Positions 17,657 through 27,955 of a DNA stretch of 64,000 nt are shown here, piece by piece. Within the stretch, counting starts at the first letter, position 1. Each line of letters opens with the position of its first letter. The stretch comes from a virus. The translations under genes were made by a program, and so were the position numbers. The notes below the pieces were generated by a model, which did not search any database, was not told where the DNA came from, and worked only from the letters and a program-made list of their open reading frames with translations. The stretch covers positions 1 to 64,000 of the IMG/VR virus record IMGVR_UViG_3300029957_000008; one strand, written 5' to 3'.

Positions 17657-17887
17657 CTACAATCTCCCATCTTCTGTGTAATTCTTAACAAACCCGTACG
17701 CAAACACCAACAGATACGCAATGGAGACGACAAAAACGCCCCACAGCTTCTTTTCGAGGCTCATCCAAATCCAAAAGGGCTGACCGGCCATGCCGATAAT
17801 ACAGCCCCATTTCTTGCCAGCAATGGTAAGAAGTAGAGCCACAACCCCTGAAAGGCCGATGGTGGATTGGATTAACAAGTCGAACAT
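17657..17887 (-). CDS. small membrane protein
   Basis: three hydrophobic segments, GQPFW. Confidence 0.6.
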   Translation of the reverse strand: MFDLLIQSTIGLSGVVALLLTIAGKKWGCIIGMAGQPFWIWMSLEKKLWGVFVVSIAYLLVFAYGFVKNYTEDGRL

Positions 17888-17930
17888 TTACAGGGATTGT
17901 AGCACGGTTTTATTAGAAGGGCAAGGGGAA

Positions 17931-20813
17931 TTAACGAATTGGGCAGGCTCCGGCACATTCTCCCCCGTCTACCATGTCCCCCTCTGAAATATCTTCTATC
18001 TCTACGGGTCTTACCTTTGCAGATAATTTTTCGTACTGCTCCTTAGAAATTTTCTCTTTGGGAATCTGCTTAAATCCGTGGTTAGAGTATTTTAGGAAGC
18101 TAACTGTCTTAATGGTATCTAGATTATTCTTTAGCCATTCCTGCAGCTTCGGGATATCGGAATCGTTATAATAAACGGTCGTGCTAATTGATTGATCGGC
18201 CCAATGTTTTTGGGCCATCTGGACGGCCTCCAGTTGCTTCCAGGTATCAAACCCCTCATCTGCCGTAGGGACACCCTCAGGGGTTTCTACATAAAAGTCA
18301 GCAACGATAGTGTCAGGATCTGGAGTCCCGTCTAGCCGAATTTGAGGTTCGAGATGGTGTCCTGCGTCAATAAGCTTTTGAACAAGGGCGTCGTTACTTG
18401 CGATTCGAATGCGTTGAATAAAGTAACGACTAAAAGCGGGATGAATGCCTTCACAAGGAACATCCCACGCCTTACTGGTCGTGCCACTTGGCTTCACGAC
18501 GGTTGTACGAATACTCTCCGGAATCCCCAGCTCTTTTGCATAGTTAATATTTTCGTCTTGAATAGCGGCATACGCTCGATCTAGAACATCTGGATTGAAC
18601 AAATCGGGGCGCATAAGACAGCCTGTGATCCCGGTACCAATACGGCGGTTCCGCCCAATAATCTCATTGCTCTGGGGGTAATAGTAATCATCGCAAGTAA
18701 CTCGTTTGCCCCAACGATGCATCAATCTCGCAGCTTCCTCAAATTCGTTAGCATCGTTCAAAGCAGCCAGGTTAATATCCTGCAGGTTACAGGGTTCACC
18801 ACCACCGCCCTGACCGGGTTTGCCAGACTCACCTGACATCTCTCCACAGTTGGCAACCAGTAGGCCGTCGGTCCAATAAGCATGATCGGGATCGTCTACT
18901 GTAATTGAGTATACCTGTTCTACAGAAACATCGGTAACAGACTTGATTTCAAACGTTTTCTTTGATCTTAGGCTCTTTTTAGTTACATAATCTATCCCTT
19001 TCAATAGCTTGTCGTTTTTATATTTCTGAATGAATCCAATTAGCTGATTAAACAAAAGCAGGCTCGATAGACCACTAATATTAAGATCGTACGCTTCCTT
19101 ACATATATAGGTGCCATTCTTGAACTTTACAGGATGCTCCTTGTTTGTAGAATAATAAGAAGACAGTCCCAATGAAGACAACATAGACTGAATACGAATA
19201 AGAGAGGGTTTACATGTTAACTTTAGATTGATTCTGTTTCTAATAATCTCTCCAGAGACAGAACGGATTACAGAACCATTAGCCGAATAGAGCCCCCTTA
19301 AGAATCCACACACAGATTCTGGTCTTCCAAATAAATAATCGTCAGGAAGTAGCCGGGTAGGGATATGGCTATCTGGAACGTATAAAGAGTTTACATACCA
19401 TTCTGTTGCGCTAGAGTGAGCCCCAATAAGATGAGATATTTCACTTGTGTGATAATCTCCATCATCTTTTCCAATACAAAGCATTACCTGCTTTGTTTCC
19501 TTGTGATAGAAGCCATCTCCAAAAACTAACCCATGCATAATATCTCTAGGGTTTATATCCTTTTTACCAAAACCAAACTTCCCAAGCCCTCCGGCAATGT
19601 CGATGGTCTTTGCTTGACCTACCTCTGTCTTTATTCCTCTGGATAGAATCCTATGGTTTTCAGTCCCATAGAAGACTCCGGCTGTTGTAGCGTATGCTTT
19701 AACTGACTTAACTCCAGTCTCTTGTTTGTTAATAACCGTTGTCCACTTCTTTCCGGACCAAATAAGATCCCCAACGGAGACATCATTAATTGTTCGGATC
19801 CCGCTTGGCGTTAGAACTCTAGCCCAACCTGGTTGACAAGGATTAACACAAACAGACTCGTCATCCTTTAACTCACCCATGCGGCCATACTTATTCAGGT
19901 TCTTCATATTGACGATCCCGAATGGCTCCCCGGCCTCATATGTCTTCCAGAAAGCTGGCCGGAGATCATGTTCGGAATCGGAACAATTGACACTAAAATT
20001 AGCCATTGCTCGTTGTGTGGGGATGGGTCCAAGGTCCCAACGCTTGGCCTTAAGGAACTCCTTATCGTGAGCGTCACCGAGAATCAATATCGCACTTCTG
20101 CGTACATTTCCTGACACCACCATTTCTCCGACACAACAAAGGACATCCGCACAGTCAATTGGACGCAGCTTACGACCTTGGCGAGTCATTAAAATAGAAC
20201 AAATCTTCTCCACCATTCTTACTAATGGCCGGGGGCCGCTGCTAACACCACCAAAGCCACGAATCGGCTCGCCGGCAGTACGAATGCAAATTGTACTATA
20301 TGTAAATCCCTTTCCAGTAACAAACCAAGCTTCTAGGACTCGTTGAAGTAGTTTACACCACCCCTCACGAGAGTCAGGAACGATATAGTCAGCATCTTTA
20401 GTAAGCTTGTGGATAATGCTAACTTCTTTCTTCACCCTAGGAAGCTTATCAGAATACTTAGCCTCCACGGTCATGCCTACCCCGCCACCAGTCATAAGGT
20501 AACCTTGGGCCACAACGAAGTTCATCCAGTCGTCTGCAGCTAAGGTCCAGCAATTTACGAGACCTAGACCACCCAACTTAGCTTGAGCGTCAGTGCCACT
20601 AAACCACCAACCTCGTCCACCAGGACCAGCCTTGCGCTCTGATAGGAAATACTTTAGTCGTGAGATCTCTTGTTCTGAAACATTGTGTCCCTTTACATTT
20701 CCTGCGACTACTCTCTCTACAACATCGCTGAAAGACTCAATACCGCCAGTAGGGCGGGGACGCTTGTATGTTCTGGTAAATACTACGTTTGCTAGATTAC
20801 TGAATGGACGCAA
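17931..20813 (-). CDS. nrdJ: class II (B12-dependent) ribonucleotide reductase with intein
   Basis: RTY, GLVNC, GGGVG, PDSREGW, GNVRRSA, NP|CGE, TTVVKPSGT, C-terminal CAGACPIR. Confidence 0.92.
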   Translation of the reverse strand: MRPFSNLANVVFTRTYKRPRPTGGIESFSDVVERVVAGNVKGHNVSEQEISRLKYFLSERKAGPGGRGWWFSGTDAQAKLGGLGLVNCWTLAADDWMNFVVAQGYLMTGGGVGMTVEAKYSDKLPRVKKEVSIIHKLTKDADYIVPDSREGWCKLLQRVLEAWFVTGKGFTYSTICIRTAGEPIRGFGGVSSGPRPLVRMVEKICSILMTRQGRKLRPIDCADVLCCVGEMVVSGNVRRSAILILGDAHDKEFLKAKRWDLGPIPTQRAMANFSVNCSDSEHDLRPAFWKTYEAGEPFGIVNMKNLNKYGRMGELKDDESVCVNPCQPGWARVLTPSGIRTINDVSVGDLIWSGKKWTTVINKQETGVKSVKAYATTAGVFYGTENHRILSRGIKTEVGQAKTIDIAGGLGKFGFGKKDINPRDIMHGLVFGDGFYHKETKQVMLCIGKDDGDYHTSEISHLIGAHSSATEWYVNSLYVPDSHIPTRLLPDDYLFGRPESVCGFLRGLYSANGSVIRSVSGEIIRNRINLKLTCKPSLIRIQSMLSSLGLSSYYSTNKEHPVKFKNGTYICKEAYDLNISGLSSLLLFNQLIGFIQKYKNDKLLKGIDYVTKKSLRSKKTFEIKSVTDVSVEQVYSITVDDPDHAYWTDGLLVANCGEMSGESGKPGQGGGGEPCNLQDINLAALNDANEFEEAARLMHRWGKRVTCDDYYYPQSNEIIGRNRRIGTGITGCLMRPDLFNPDVLDRAYAAIQDENINYAKELGIPESIRTTVVKPSGTTSKAWDVPCEGIHPAFSRYFIQRIRIASNDALVQKLIDAGHHLEPQIRLDGTPDPDTIVADFYVETPEGVPTADEGFDTWKQLEAVQMAQKHWADQSISTTVYYNDSDIPKLQEWLKNNLDTIKTVSFLKYSNHGFKQIPKEKISKEQYEKLSAKVRPVEIEDISEGDMVDGGECAGACPIR
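18849..19838 (-). mobile_element. intein with LAGLIDADG homing endonuclease (330 aa)
   Basis: starts CQPGW after NP; GTENH block B; GLVFGDG and FLRGLYSANGS; ends LVAN before the +1 Cys. Confidence 0.9.
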
Positions 20814-20817
20814 TATA

Positions 20818-21180
20818 CTACTCCTTATTATTCAACACCGACGCCGGCATACTCTTCAAATCAATTTCGTGTCTGCTCTCTGCATACTTCTCAAGGTATT
20901 TAACGATGTTCTTGGCCTTCTCAACAGTGATACCTACAGGGAGGTACATTAGATTACATCTAACACAGCAAATTCCACGTACGAACCCGGCACGACTAGC
21001 GGGGCTCATCTTCTTGAATGACCTTACGTGCTCATGGTCTGTCGCCCACTTATTGCTCTCTGGAAACTTCCCGCAGATAGGGCAGATGCACCCTTGGCTT
21101 TTGAATATCTCCAGCCACTTTTCCTGTGTGATTCCGTATCGCTTTAGACTCTGTGGCTTGGGAGGTTTTGCATCAGGCAT
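20818..21180 (-). CDS. endonuclease VII-like protein
   Basis: RYGIT...CPIC...TDHEH...VRGICCVRCN. Confidence 0.8.
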   Translation of the reverse strand: MPDAKPPKPQSLKRYGITQEKWLEIFKSQGCICPICGKFPESNKWATDHEHVRSFKKMSPASRAGFVRGICCVRCNLMYLPVGITVEKAKNIVKYLEKYAESRHEIDLKSMPASVLNNKE

Positions 21181-21198
21181 CGTTTCTCTAAGATTGTT

Positions 21199-22296
21199 CT
21201 AGTCTTGATAGCTTTCTTCAATGAGTGAAATGCATAACTCATCGATTTTATTGCGGTTTGGTGCTTTTGGTAATTTGCTGGTCAACATTATTTCTGATAA
21301 TTCTTTGTCCTGTTGATTCGCCCACTCCATGAGTCTTTCGTAGGTCCAGCCACCGTTCCTAATATTCAAAATCTCGGCCGCATCCGGCCGTTTAACAATT
21401 ACCTTGCCATCGGTTAGAATTTCCCGGCACATACTCAGGAGTCTGTAGAGGTGGCCAGCGTGCTTCCCATCAAATCCGAACTTAGCCTCCATCTCCGAGC
21501 GGGCCTTGTTCCTGTTCTGCTTCCAATTGTTGTAACTCTTCCACTCGTTGTGTCTGCAAGTGTAGAGCCTTTCTCGATCTAGAAGCTCAATGAAGTTGCT
21601 GTCAAACCCAAGACTCCTGGCTGCCGACACCCAAACCTTTCCTTCGAGTTCACCGTCTGCCCACTGAGTAATTTCAATGAGCTTATTGGTGAATTCGTCC
21701 TGAATCGCCTGACGGTCTGCTGGCGAGATGTTGTCTAAATCCTTCCAGTTCCAGGAGTCTACCCTCTTTCTGATAGCAGCATTAGCTGCAGCCAGTTGAT
21801 CTTGTGGAATTACTGTTCTTTCTGGTAGCCCAAATTCCGCCCTAGTGGGCGGGGCCTTGGGCGGGTGTAGTAGGTATCGTCGGTGAAGGTCAATCCTCTT
21901 GAGTTGAGAAATGGCATATCCCGAAAAGGTATGCTTAGCTTTCTGACTGAGAAACAAATCTCTGTTATCAATCAATTTCTGCCCAAGAGGAGTTACCAAC
22001 AATCTGTCTGAGGGGTCTGTATAAAGAAGCTCTAGTACGTTGGGGTTGGCATTCGCCGCCAGTTCGATAAACTTCCTAACATCGAAAATCGTCAGGTCTG
22101 GGTCATTCTGCTCTGCTTGCTCAAATCGGTTGTTGATGCCGAAATAGTAAGCCTTTGGAGCAATAGCAATCCCGCGATAGTCAGTGTCGGAAGTAGGGAT
22201 GTTGGTCCCGTAAGAGTGGCTTCCTGAGAGGGTTAAGTAGATGGTCCTCTCTGGCAGCCACTTAAGGCCTCCCTTATACAGACCCCAATCGAACAC
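21199..22296 (-). CDS. Pol-beta superfamily nucleotidyltransferase
   Basis: SGSHSYGTNIPTSDTDYRG, ANPNVLELL, FSGYA, KHAGHLYRLL. Confidence 0.85.
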   Translation of the reverse strand: MFDWGLYKGGLKWLPERTIYLTLSGSHSYGTNIPTSDTDYRGIAIAPKAYYFGINNRFEQAEQNDPDLTIFDVRKFIELAANANPNVLELLYTDPSDRLLVTPLGQKLIDNRDLFLSQKAKHTFSGYAISQLKRIDLHRRYLLHPPKAPPTRAEFGLPERTVIPQDQLAAANAAIRKRVDSWNWKDLDNISPADRQAIQDEFTNKLIEITQWADGELEGKVWVSAARSLGFDSNFIELLDRERLYTCRHNEWKSYNNWKQNRNKARSEMEAKFGFDGKHAGHLYRLLSMCREILTDGKVIVKRPDAAEILNIRNGGWTYERLMEWANQQDKELSEIMLTSKLPKAPNRNKIDELCISLIEESYQD

Positions 22297-22298
22297 CG

Positions 22299-22640
22299 TT
22301 ACTCCGTCTGGCCATTCACCGCGTTGGCAGCGTCCTTGAGGAAGTCTTCGATTCCGGGCACATTTTCGCCACGGCTACGAAGGCATTCACACAGGAACTC
22401 AAGCTGCAGGACGTTCATCTTGTGTCCCTCAGAATAGATAGCGCCGGCTTCCTTGACCTGTTCCTTGAGCTTGTTCAGATCTTCATCAAACTGCTTGGCA
22501 AGGGCCAACTGAATATCGTTCATTGCCGTCTTGGTAATGACCTTGTAAACTTCCTCTGTCTGACGCCCCAGCATGTCCTGGCGCCACGACTCGTCAATCT
22601 TCTTAAAACGCTTGTACTGCTTGTCCTTCTGATCGTCCAT
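22299..22640 (-). CDS. hypothetical protein
   Basis: AGGA RBS, helical ORF. Confidence 0.65.
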   Translation of the reverse strand: MDDQKDKQYKRFKKIDESWRQDMLGRQTEEVYKVITKTAMNDIQLALAKQFDEDLNKLKEQVKEAGAIYSEGHKMNVLQLEFLCECLRSRGENVPGIEDFLKDAANAVNGQTE

Positions 22641-22658
22641 GTTTTCTGTCGTTCCTTT

Positions 22659-23219
22659 CTATTGAGTCAATTCAGGTATCTGTTCGGATGTCTTATAGTA
22701 GCCTTTGGTTTTCTTCTCTTCAATTGGGAAGACGATATTCTGTATGTAAACTCTCAGTTTTTCTATGATCTCATTCTCTTGCGCTGACGGACTGTGCTTT
22801 TCTAGATAGTCTAGAAGTAAAAGTGTCCTATCGGGCTGTTTATTCAGCATTCCATCTAGGGCATTACAGAATATGCATAAAACGCCACGGATTAACCCTG
22901 TAGTGTGACTATGATCAAGACACATCTCCTTATGTGTTAGTTCTTTACCACAACACTCACACTTACCGTTACATTTGATAATAGCCGCCCTAACGGCCCA
23001 TACTGGAACCTTAAGACGCTGTGCTCTACCGTAGTCCCTTCTAGCGTCTGGATTTTGTTTCTGTCTTTCAGTGGCCCGCCTAATGTTTTCTTCTCTATTT
23101 TTTAAGTACCGTAATTTATGCTGTTCTTTTTGACAAAGAACACAAGCTCCTCCTTTATTCCTGAGAGGATCTATGTGCCCTCTTGAACAGGCTTTCTTTC
23201 TATAGCCAAGAGAACTCAC
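22659..23219 (-). CDS. endonuclease VII-type homing endonuclease
   Basis: CSRGH...CVLC, CECC...LDHSHTTGLIRGVLCIFCN. Confidence 0.8.
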   Translation of the reverse strand: MSSLGYRKKACSRGHIDPLRNKGGACVLCQKEQHKLRYLKNREENIRRATERQKQNPDARRDYGRAQRLKVPVWAVRAAIIKCNGKCECCGKELTHKEMCLDHSHTTGLIRGVLCIFCNALDGMLNKQPDRTLLLLDYLEKHSPSAQENEIIEKLRVYIQNIVFPIEEKKTKGYYKTSEQIPELTQ

Positions 23220-23482
23220 TACGGCCTCTTACTTCGAGCTTTCTTGGGTTTTGACGCTAGTTTTTGTTGTCTTCGCAAAATTTCCCTGTCCAAATACCAG
23301 CGCCCTTTAAGCAAATCTTCCATCGCATTATTCTTTAAATCGGCACGCCAGATGTATTTCATGACGTTGCCAAGGCAAAAACTCATATGTTCACAAATAG
23401 TGATTGCCTCAATCCCACTTGGGTGATCTGTGTAATGAGCCGGGTGGTCTACTGGATTATTCTTCAATCTGCTTTTTGCCAT
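23219..23482 (-). CDS. DUF3310/SaV-like protein
   Basis: VDHPAHY...IEAI...FCLGNVMKYIWRA...EDLLKGRWYL. Confidence 0.85.
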   Translation of the reverse strand: MAKSRLKNNPVDHPAHYTDHPSGIEAITICEHMSFCLGNVMKYIWRADLKNNAMEDLLKGRWYLDREILRRQQKLASKPKKARSKRP

Positions 23483-23506
23483 TAATTTCTAACTCCGAAT
23501 AAAGTA

Positions 23507-23534
23507 ATTATACCACAACGGGCCTAAAAATCAA
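23507..23534 (-). promoter_or_regulatory. sigma70-type promoter
   Basis: TTGATT-16-TATAAT with TGTGG extension. Confidence 0.6.
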
Positions 23535-24100
23535 CCGTGTTTTGTAATATCTGTGGAAAAAGGAGACCAGCTCTCGATGATGCCGGAGTCGTGGTATCCT
23601 TCAAATAGCTGGCCATTTCCTCGAAGCTTAAAATTCCCATCAAGCTCGGCATTGCCTGCGGCACGACAAAACCCTGACAGCTCGCTTTTACCGTGGCACC
23701 AAGCCCCGCTGACTCCAGCTCGTTCCCTTACTAGGCAGTTCTCGTAGATCTTGCCACCCTGACAGCAGGCTTCGTCTTTAATACGGGCGTGGCCAAAAAT
23801 GTCTACGTCCCCGTACAAGAAGCACCCACCCTCGGCCACCGCTTCTTCCCTTAATGTGGCCGAATTCCAAATCCAGCAGCTGTTTTTTGCTTTGGCGTCG
23901 TCTTTTACGGTTCCGTCTAGATATACGAATGCGTCGTTATAAACCCAACAATTATCGTCGTGGCTCAGGTTTCTCTCTGACTGGATGAACCCGCCTAGCG
24001 AACCAGCTTTGACGTCTCCGAAACTTCTTACCGCTCTAATCCTTTGTACAATGATACCAAAATGGTTGTGAAATTCTTTTGTAAATTCGTATTTCTTCAA
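23531..24100 (-). CDS. left-handed beta-helix (hexapeptide repeat) phage protein
   Basis: RIRAVRSFGDVKAGSLGGFIQSERNLSH followed by hexapeptide-like repeats. Confidence 0.75.
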   Translation of the reverse strand: MKKYEFTKEFHNHFGIIVQRIRAVRSFGDVKAGSLGGFIQSERNLSHDDNCWVYNDAFVYLDGTVKDDAKAKNSCWIWNSATLREEAVAEGGCFLYGDVDIFGHARIKDEACCQGGKIYENCLVRERAGVSGAWCHGKSELSGFCRAAGNAELDGNFKLRGNGQLFEGYHDSGIIESWSPFSTDITKHG

Positions 24101-24139
24101 TCAAACCACCTAGGTGAATTATAGCACGGATTCTCCAAG

Positions 24140-24523
24140 TTACTTATCAATTTTTGGGTTCTTACCCCATTCCTTCGCTCGTTCATCAAACGGCCGGGTG
24201 TCCGCAGGTGTGTTTGCGAGGTAGTCAATGAATCCCGATCCGTCCTCTAGAGCGTTCATGCACATCTGGTCGAAGAACTTGTAAAGCTCGGTGTTCCCAT
24301 CCTCTTCTTCCTTTTCGAACTCGCGCTTCACGTCCTTGGCAAACCCGTCAGGATCTGTCACTCGATATTGCTGTAGGAATTTTGCCTTTCTGTCGTCGAA
24401 GCCCTGACAGTCCTCAGACTGTTCAAACGCCCACGCCAACGTTTCTACACCAATGGCTACAGTAAAGACACCGTTCTTAATAGATACACTCAGAGGAGCC
24501 TGTCGCCCTTTGTATGATTTCAT
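24140..24523 (-). CDS. hypothetical protein
   Basis: AGGAG RBS. Confidence 0.65.
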   Translation of the reverse strand: MKSYKGRQAPLSVSIKNGVFTVAIGVETLAWAFEQSEDCQGFDDRKAKFLQQYRVTDPDGFAKDVKREFEKEEEDGNTELYKFFDQMCMNALEDGSGFIDYLANTPADTRPFDERAKEWGKNPKIDK

Positions 24524-24535
24524 CGTTTTTCTCCT

Positions 24536-24796
24536 TTACTCTGGCAACTGAAACCCGCACAAGTATCCCTTCTTCAGGACTTCCTTCTTCGTCCTACTGC
24601 AGTACTTGCAACGGGATAGAACCTTCTCACCCTCGTCTGTTTCTACTTTCTCTTGGTAGAACTCGTGAGGAATAGGCTTCCGGATTGACTTATCGGTCGT
24701 TGGTACAGATCCACACTTCAGACAAGGATCGCAAGGGCTTGGTGAATCACTCCCCCAAATCATCGTGTCGCTGCACGGGCATTCGTAGTATCTCAC
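24536..24796 (-). CDS. Cys-rich Zn-binding hypothetical protein
   Basis: CPC, CLKC, CKYC. Confidence 0.55.
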   Translation of the reverse strand: MRYYECPCSDTMIWGSDSPSPCDPCLKCGSVPTTDKSIRKPIPHEFYQEKVETDEGEKVLSRCKYCSRTKKEVLKKGYLCGFQLPE

Positions 24797-25062
24797 AGTA
24801 GAAGCCCCTTCGGCCCGGTACCCACATACGCAAAAGTCTTGGCATCAAAATACACAGAATCTATCTTGTTGTCCTTGACAGGCTCCTTGCGATACAACTC
24901 ATAGACTGCACGACCCCAAAGTGAATCGAGTGGTCCGCGTGCCCCATAGTTTTCCATGGTGTCGCCGTCGATCTCCAGATTGCCCTTGTAAAAGTAGCAA
25001 CCGTTAGGTCGTTTGCTTTCGTAAGCCTTCTTTAACTGCTGGGCTGTTGTAATTTGCATCAT
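24793..25062 (-). CDS. hypothetical protein
   Basis: ATGA overlap with sbcC. Confidence 0.55.
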   Translation of the reverse strand: MMQITTAQQLKKAYESKRPNGCYFYKGNLEIDGDTMENYGARGPLDSLWGRAVYELYRKEPVKDNKIDSVYFDAKTFAYVGTGPKGLLL

Positions 25063-27269
25063 ACTATCCTACTAATCCCATCAACCTGCTCGACTTCAAT
25101 CACCTGATTGAATAAGTTGCAAAACTCCGAGCTGTGGTCAACTACTAATACCAAACGTTCGCCTACGACGCTTTGAAGCATCTCGATACAGCTTTCCTTG
25201 GCTACGCTATCTAATCCGTGCAAGCTCTCATCCAGCATTAAGAAGTTTGGATAAACACCACGACGAGATCCTACAACATTACTAACGGCCAAGTCAACAC
25301 CTAATTCAACCGCTACCTGCATACCACCAGAAACGCCCGACTTAAAGGAAACCTTCCTGCCACGGTTGTAAATAACTGGTGTGATCCTGCTGCTTACATT
25401 ACCACTTGAGGCGGCTACCTTCTCGGTCTCGAACTCAATGCTCAGGTGACGTACGTTGGCTACTTGACTAAGAATGTCGTTCGCCTGAGCAGAAATCTCA
25501 GTAAGGACATCACTAAATATGGCCCCCAAAAAGCCGTTACGGCCTACTAGGGCCACGATATCTGACTGTAGGTTGTATTCTACTTGTTTCTCCTGGTAGT
25601 TCTTGGTCGCTTTCTCCATGGCCGATACGGCCATATTAACTACTCCTTGGCGCTCCTTCTTAACGGCTTCCAGCTGCTTGAAATTGCTGATATTCTGCTC
25701 AAGGGCTCTAATCTGTAGCGAAGTCTCTTCCTTTTCCTTACACAGCTTGTTGTAGCTCTCTTTTTCGGCCATAATGGCCGTATTGAGCTTGTTACTAAAC
25801 TCAGTTTTGATAGCTTTCTCATCCTCAAACAGAGAAGTCAATCTCAACGACTTCTCGGCTTTAAAGGCCGTTTCGGCCTGGTCAAGCCGCTTTGTAACTT
25901 CGCCAATTTCAACAACCAAAGTAACCCCCATAGGATGTGGCTCGGGATCCTTGATTGCTTCCAGGGCTGACTTCTTCGAATTAAGCTCCAGGACTCCCCG
26001 TGCCTTCAGGGCGTCCGTCTCTTGCTTCATCGCAAGCTGCAGGGCTTCCAGCTCTTTCTTCTTTACTGCCAGTTTGGCCAACTTCTCTTCCTGAACCTTC
26101 TGGGCCTCAACCGTCTTCACCAGGTCAATCTGTGCCTTGTCCCAGATACGCTCGCACCTAGGGCACAGGCTGTCCCTCAGTCTTGCTTCTTCGCTCTTAA
26201 GCCTGTTGAGTTCTGCTGCAGCAGGTACTAGGCTGGAGATCTCTAGATTGACCTTGCTAATATCTGCGTTGAACTTGGCCTGTAGGGCATTCAGTTGCTC
26301 CCTGAAGTAAGCCTTCAGTTTGGTAATTTCATTCTCTAGGTCGGAGCGTAGCTTCTGGACTACAAGTTTTTGGTCGTTGTCATACTGACGACACTTGTCC
26401 AGCTTTTCCTTGAGTTCGGTAAGGGTGGCTTTGTAGGTGTTGATTTCCTCTGGCTTGTCTAGGTTGTTAACCGCCTGAATTTTACATTTGACTACCGATA
26501 GTGCGTCCTCTAGCTCTTCGTTGCTGTCGTGCCTTAAGTTACTAATGTTGTCGTCAATCTGCTTGATGGAAGTCTCAAGGTAGGTAACTGTGGTCTGAAG
26601 TGTCTTGATTTGGCTTTTTACAGTTTCGGACTCCTCAGGATTGACAACAATTTCATTTAGCTTCTCAAGGGCTATCTTGTAGACTTGCTCCTTGGTCTCT
26701 AGATCTCTCTTGAGAAACGAAATATCGCCATCCAAGGCCGATACGGCCTTACTGGCGAGGTCTGACACCTTTTCGAACTTTTCAAGGTCTAGGAGCTTGG
26801 TAAGGAAGGACTTCTTCTCAGGGTCCGACATAGACAGGAAGAGCCCTGGCTTCCTTTGGGGTCTGTAGGTAACAAGGGCGCGTAGCTCAGCATCCATTTC
26901 AAAGATGCGGTCAAGCTGGGCTTCGGCAGTCTTGCCCTTAAGGGAGTCTGTTAGGTTGCCACCTTTTACAGTTAATCCTTTCTTCCTGCCAATAGAGAAG
27001 ATTCCGTCTTTTGTTTCTAGCTTAGACTGAACATCCGGTGGATCGTCCGTATACCACGACTGTAATTCAGTCGCAGCAAACGGGCAACCACCGTAGATGT
27101 GGGAGATAGTATTCAGGAAGAAGGTTTTACCAGCTCCTGAGCCGCCGCCTGTCTCATTGACTTTACCCTTAATCAGGAGAAGACCTGACTGGGGGAGATC
27201 TACCTTGTGAGATCCTACGAAAGGACCAAAGTTTGCAAAGGATAGTTCTTGTAGTTTTAACCAATTCAC
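25059..27269 (-). CDS. sbcC: SbcC/Rad50 (gp46-like) SMC ATPase
   Basis: GSGAGKT, coiled coil, CPRC hook, VSGGM signature, LMLDES, VVDH. Confidence 0.92.
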   Translation of the reverse strand: MNWLKLQELSFANFGPFVGSHKVDLPQSGLLLIKGKVNETGGGSGAGKTFFLNTISHIYGGCPFAATELQSWYTDDPPDVQSKLETKDGIFSIGRKKGLTVKGGNLTDSLKGKTAEAQLDRIFEMDAELRALVTYRPQRKPGLFLSMSDPEKKSFLTKLLDLEKFEKVSDLASKAVSALDGDISFLKRDLETKEQVYKIALEKLNEIVVNPEESETVKSQIKTLQTTVTYLETSIKQIDDNISNLRHDSNEELEDALSVVKCKIQAVNNLDKPEEINTYKATLTELKEKLDKCRQYDNDQKLVVQKLRSDLENEITKLKAYFREQLNALQAKFNADISKVNLEISSLVPAAAELNRLKSEEARLRDSLCPRCERIWDKAQIDLVKTVEAQKVQEEKLAKLAVKKKELEALQLAMKQETDALKARGVLELNSKKSALEAIKDPEPHPMGVTLVVEIGEVTKRLDQAETAFKAEKSLRLTSLFEDEKAIKTEFSNKLNTAIMAEKESYNKLCKEKEETSLQIRALEQNISNFKQLEAVKKERQGVVNMAVSAMEKATKNYQEKQVEYNLQSDIVALVGRNGFLGAIFSDVLTEISAQANDILSQVANVRHLSIEFETEKVAASSGNVSSRITPVIYNRGRKVSFKSGVSGGMQVAVELGVDLAVSNVVGSRRGVYPNFLMLDESLHGLDSVAKESCIEMLQSVVGERLVLVVDHSSEFCNLFNQVIEVEQVDGISRIV

Positions 27270-27287
27270 CGTGTTTTACTCTACCTC

Positions 27288-27668
27288 TTACAGGGATAAT
27301 AGAACTGTCCCCATTAGGCTGTTATACATATTCCTAACAGTTTGAATAAATAAGTAATCTTTCACTTTCTCTTCTTGTGGCAACTGTTCGTATGGAACAA
27401 AACAGGGGTGTTCTTTCTTTTCAGGGTCTTTGATGGGTCCGTACTTCCATCCAGTTTCAGCTTTCTCAATCAACCATGATTCGTGTTGCTGCTTTGGAGT
27501 GCTTCCCCTAAGTACTAGATTAACCCCCTCTATTGAGCTTTTTTTCTGCCAAGATGGAGATTGTTCCCAGGCTATCTGGGATTCATCTCCACGAGCCTCA
27601 CAATAAAGGCGATTCATTTCATGGGCCGCCTCAGCACATTTCTCGATAATTTTCAACTCTGTAATCAT
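27288..27668 (-). CDS. RyR-domain protein
   Basis: HESWLIEKAETGWKYGPIKDPEKKEHPCFVPYEQLP; start refined to MITELK. Confidence 0.8.
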   Translation of the reverse strand: MITELKIIEKCAEAAHEMNRLYCEARGDESQIAWEQSPSWQKKSSIEGVNLVLRGSTPKQQHESWLIEKAETGWKYGPIKDPEKKEHPCFVPYEQLPQEEKVKDYLFIQTVRNMYNSLMGTVLLSL

Positions 27669-27678
27669 AACGTCCTTC

Positions 27679-27954
27679 CTAAGAGTAATTCTTTCTACCC
27701 GCATTTGGGTCCGAGTTTGCAATCCGCTCATGCATCATGTCCTCAATGTCTGCAAAGCGCTCTACCGCCTTGGGCATGGCCCCGTTATCCAAGACTTCCT
27801 TAATCGACGTACTAGGCCCCGAACCGTCCCGAATAAGCTCGGTGCCACACTTACAAGTCTTCTGTGCTGGTGGAACGGTATCGAAAGAGGAACTTGTTGT
27901 CAAGAACCTCTTCCGAGTACCGCAGTTAGGGCAGTGAGTGTTGTAAAGGGGCAT
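27679..27954 (-). CDS. FmdB-like zinc-ribbon protein
   Basis: MPLYNTHCPNCG...CKCG. Confidence 0.7.
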   Translation of the reverse strand: MPLYNTHCPNCGTRKRFLTTSSSFDTVPPAQKTCKCGTELIRDGSGPSTSIKEVLDNGAMPKAVERFADIEDMMHERIANSDPNAGRKNYS

Positions 27955-27955
27955 C

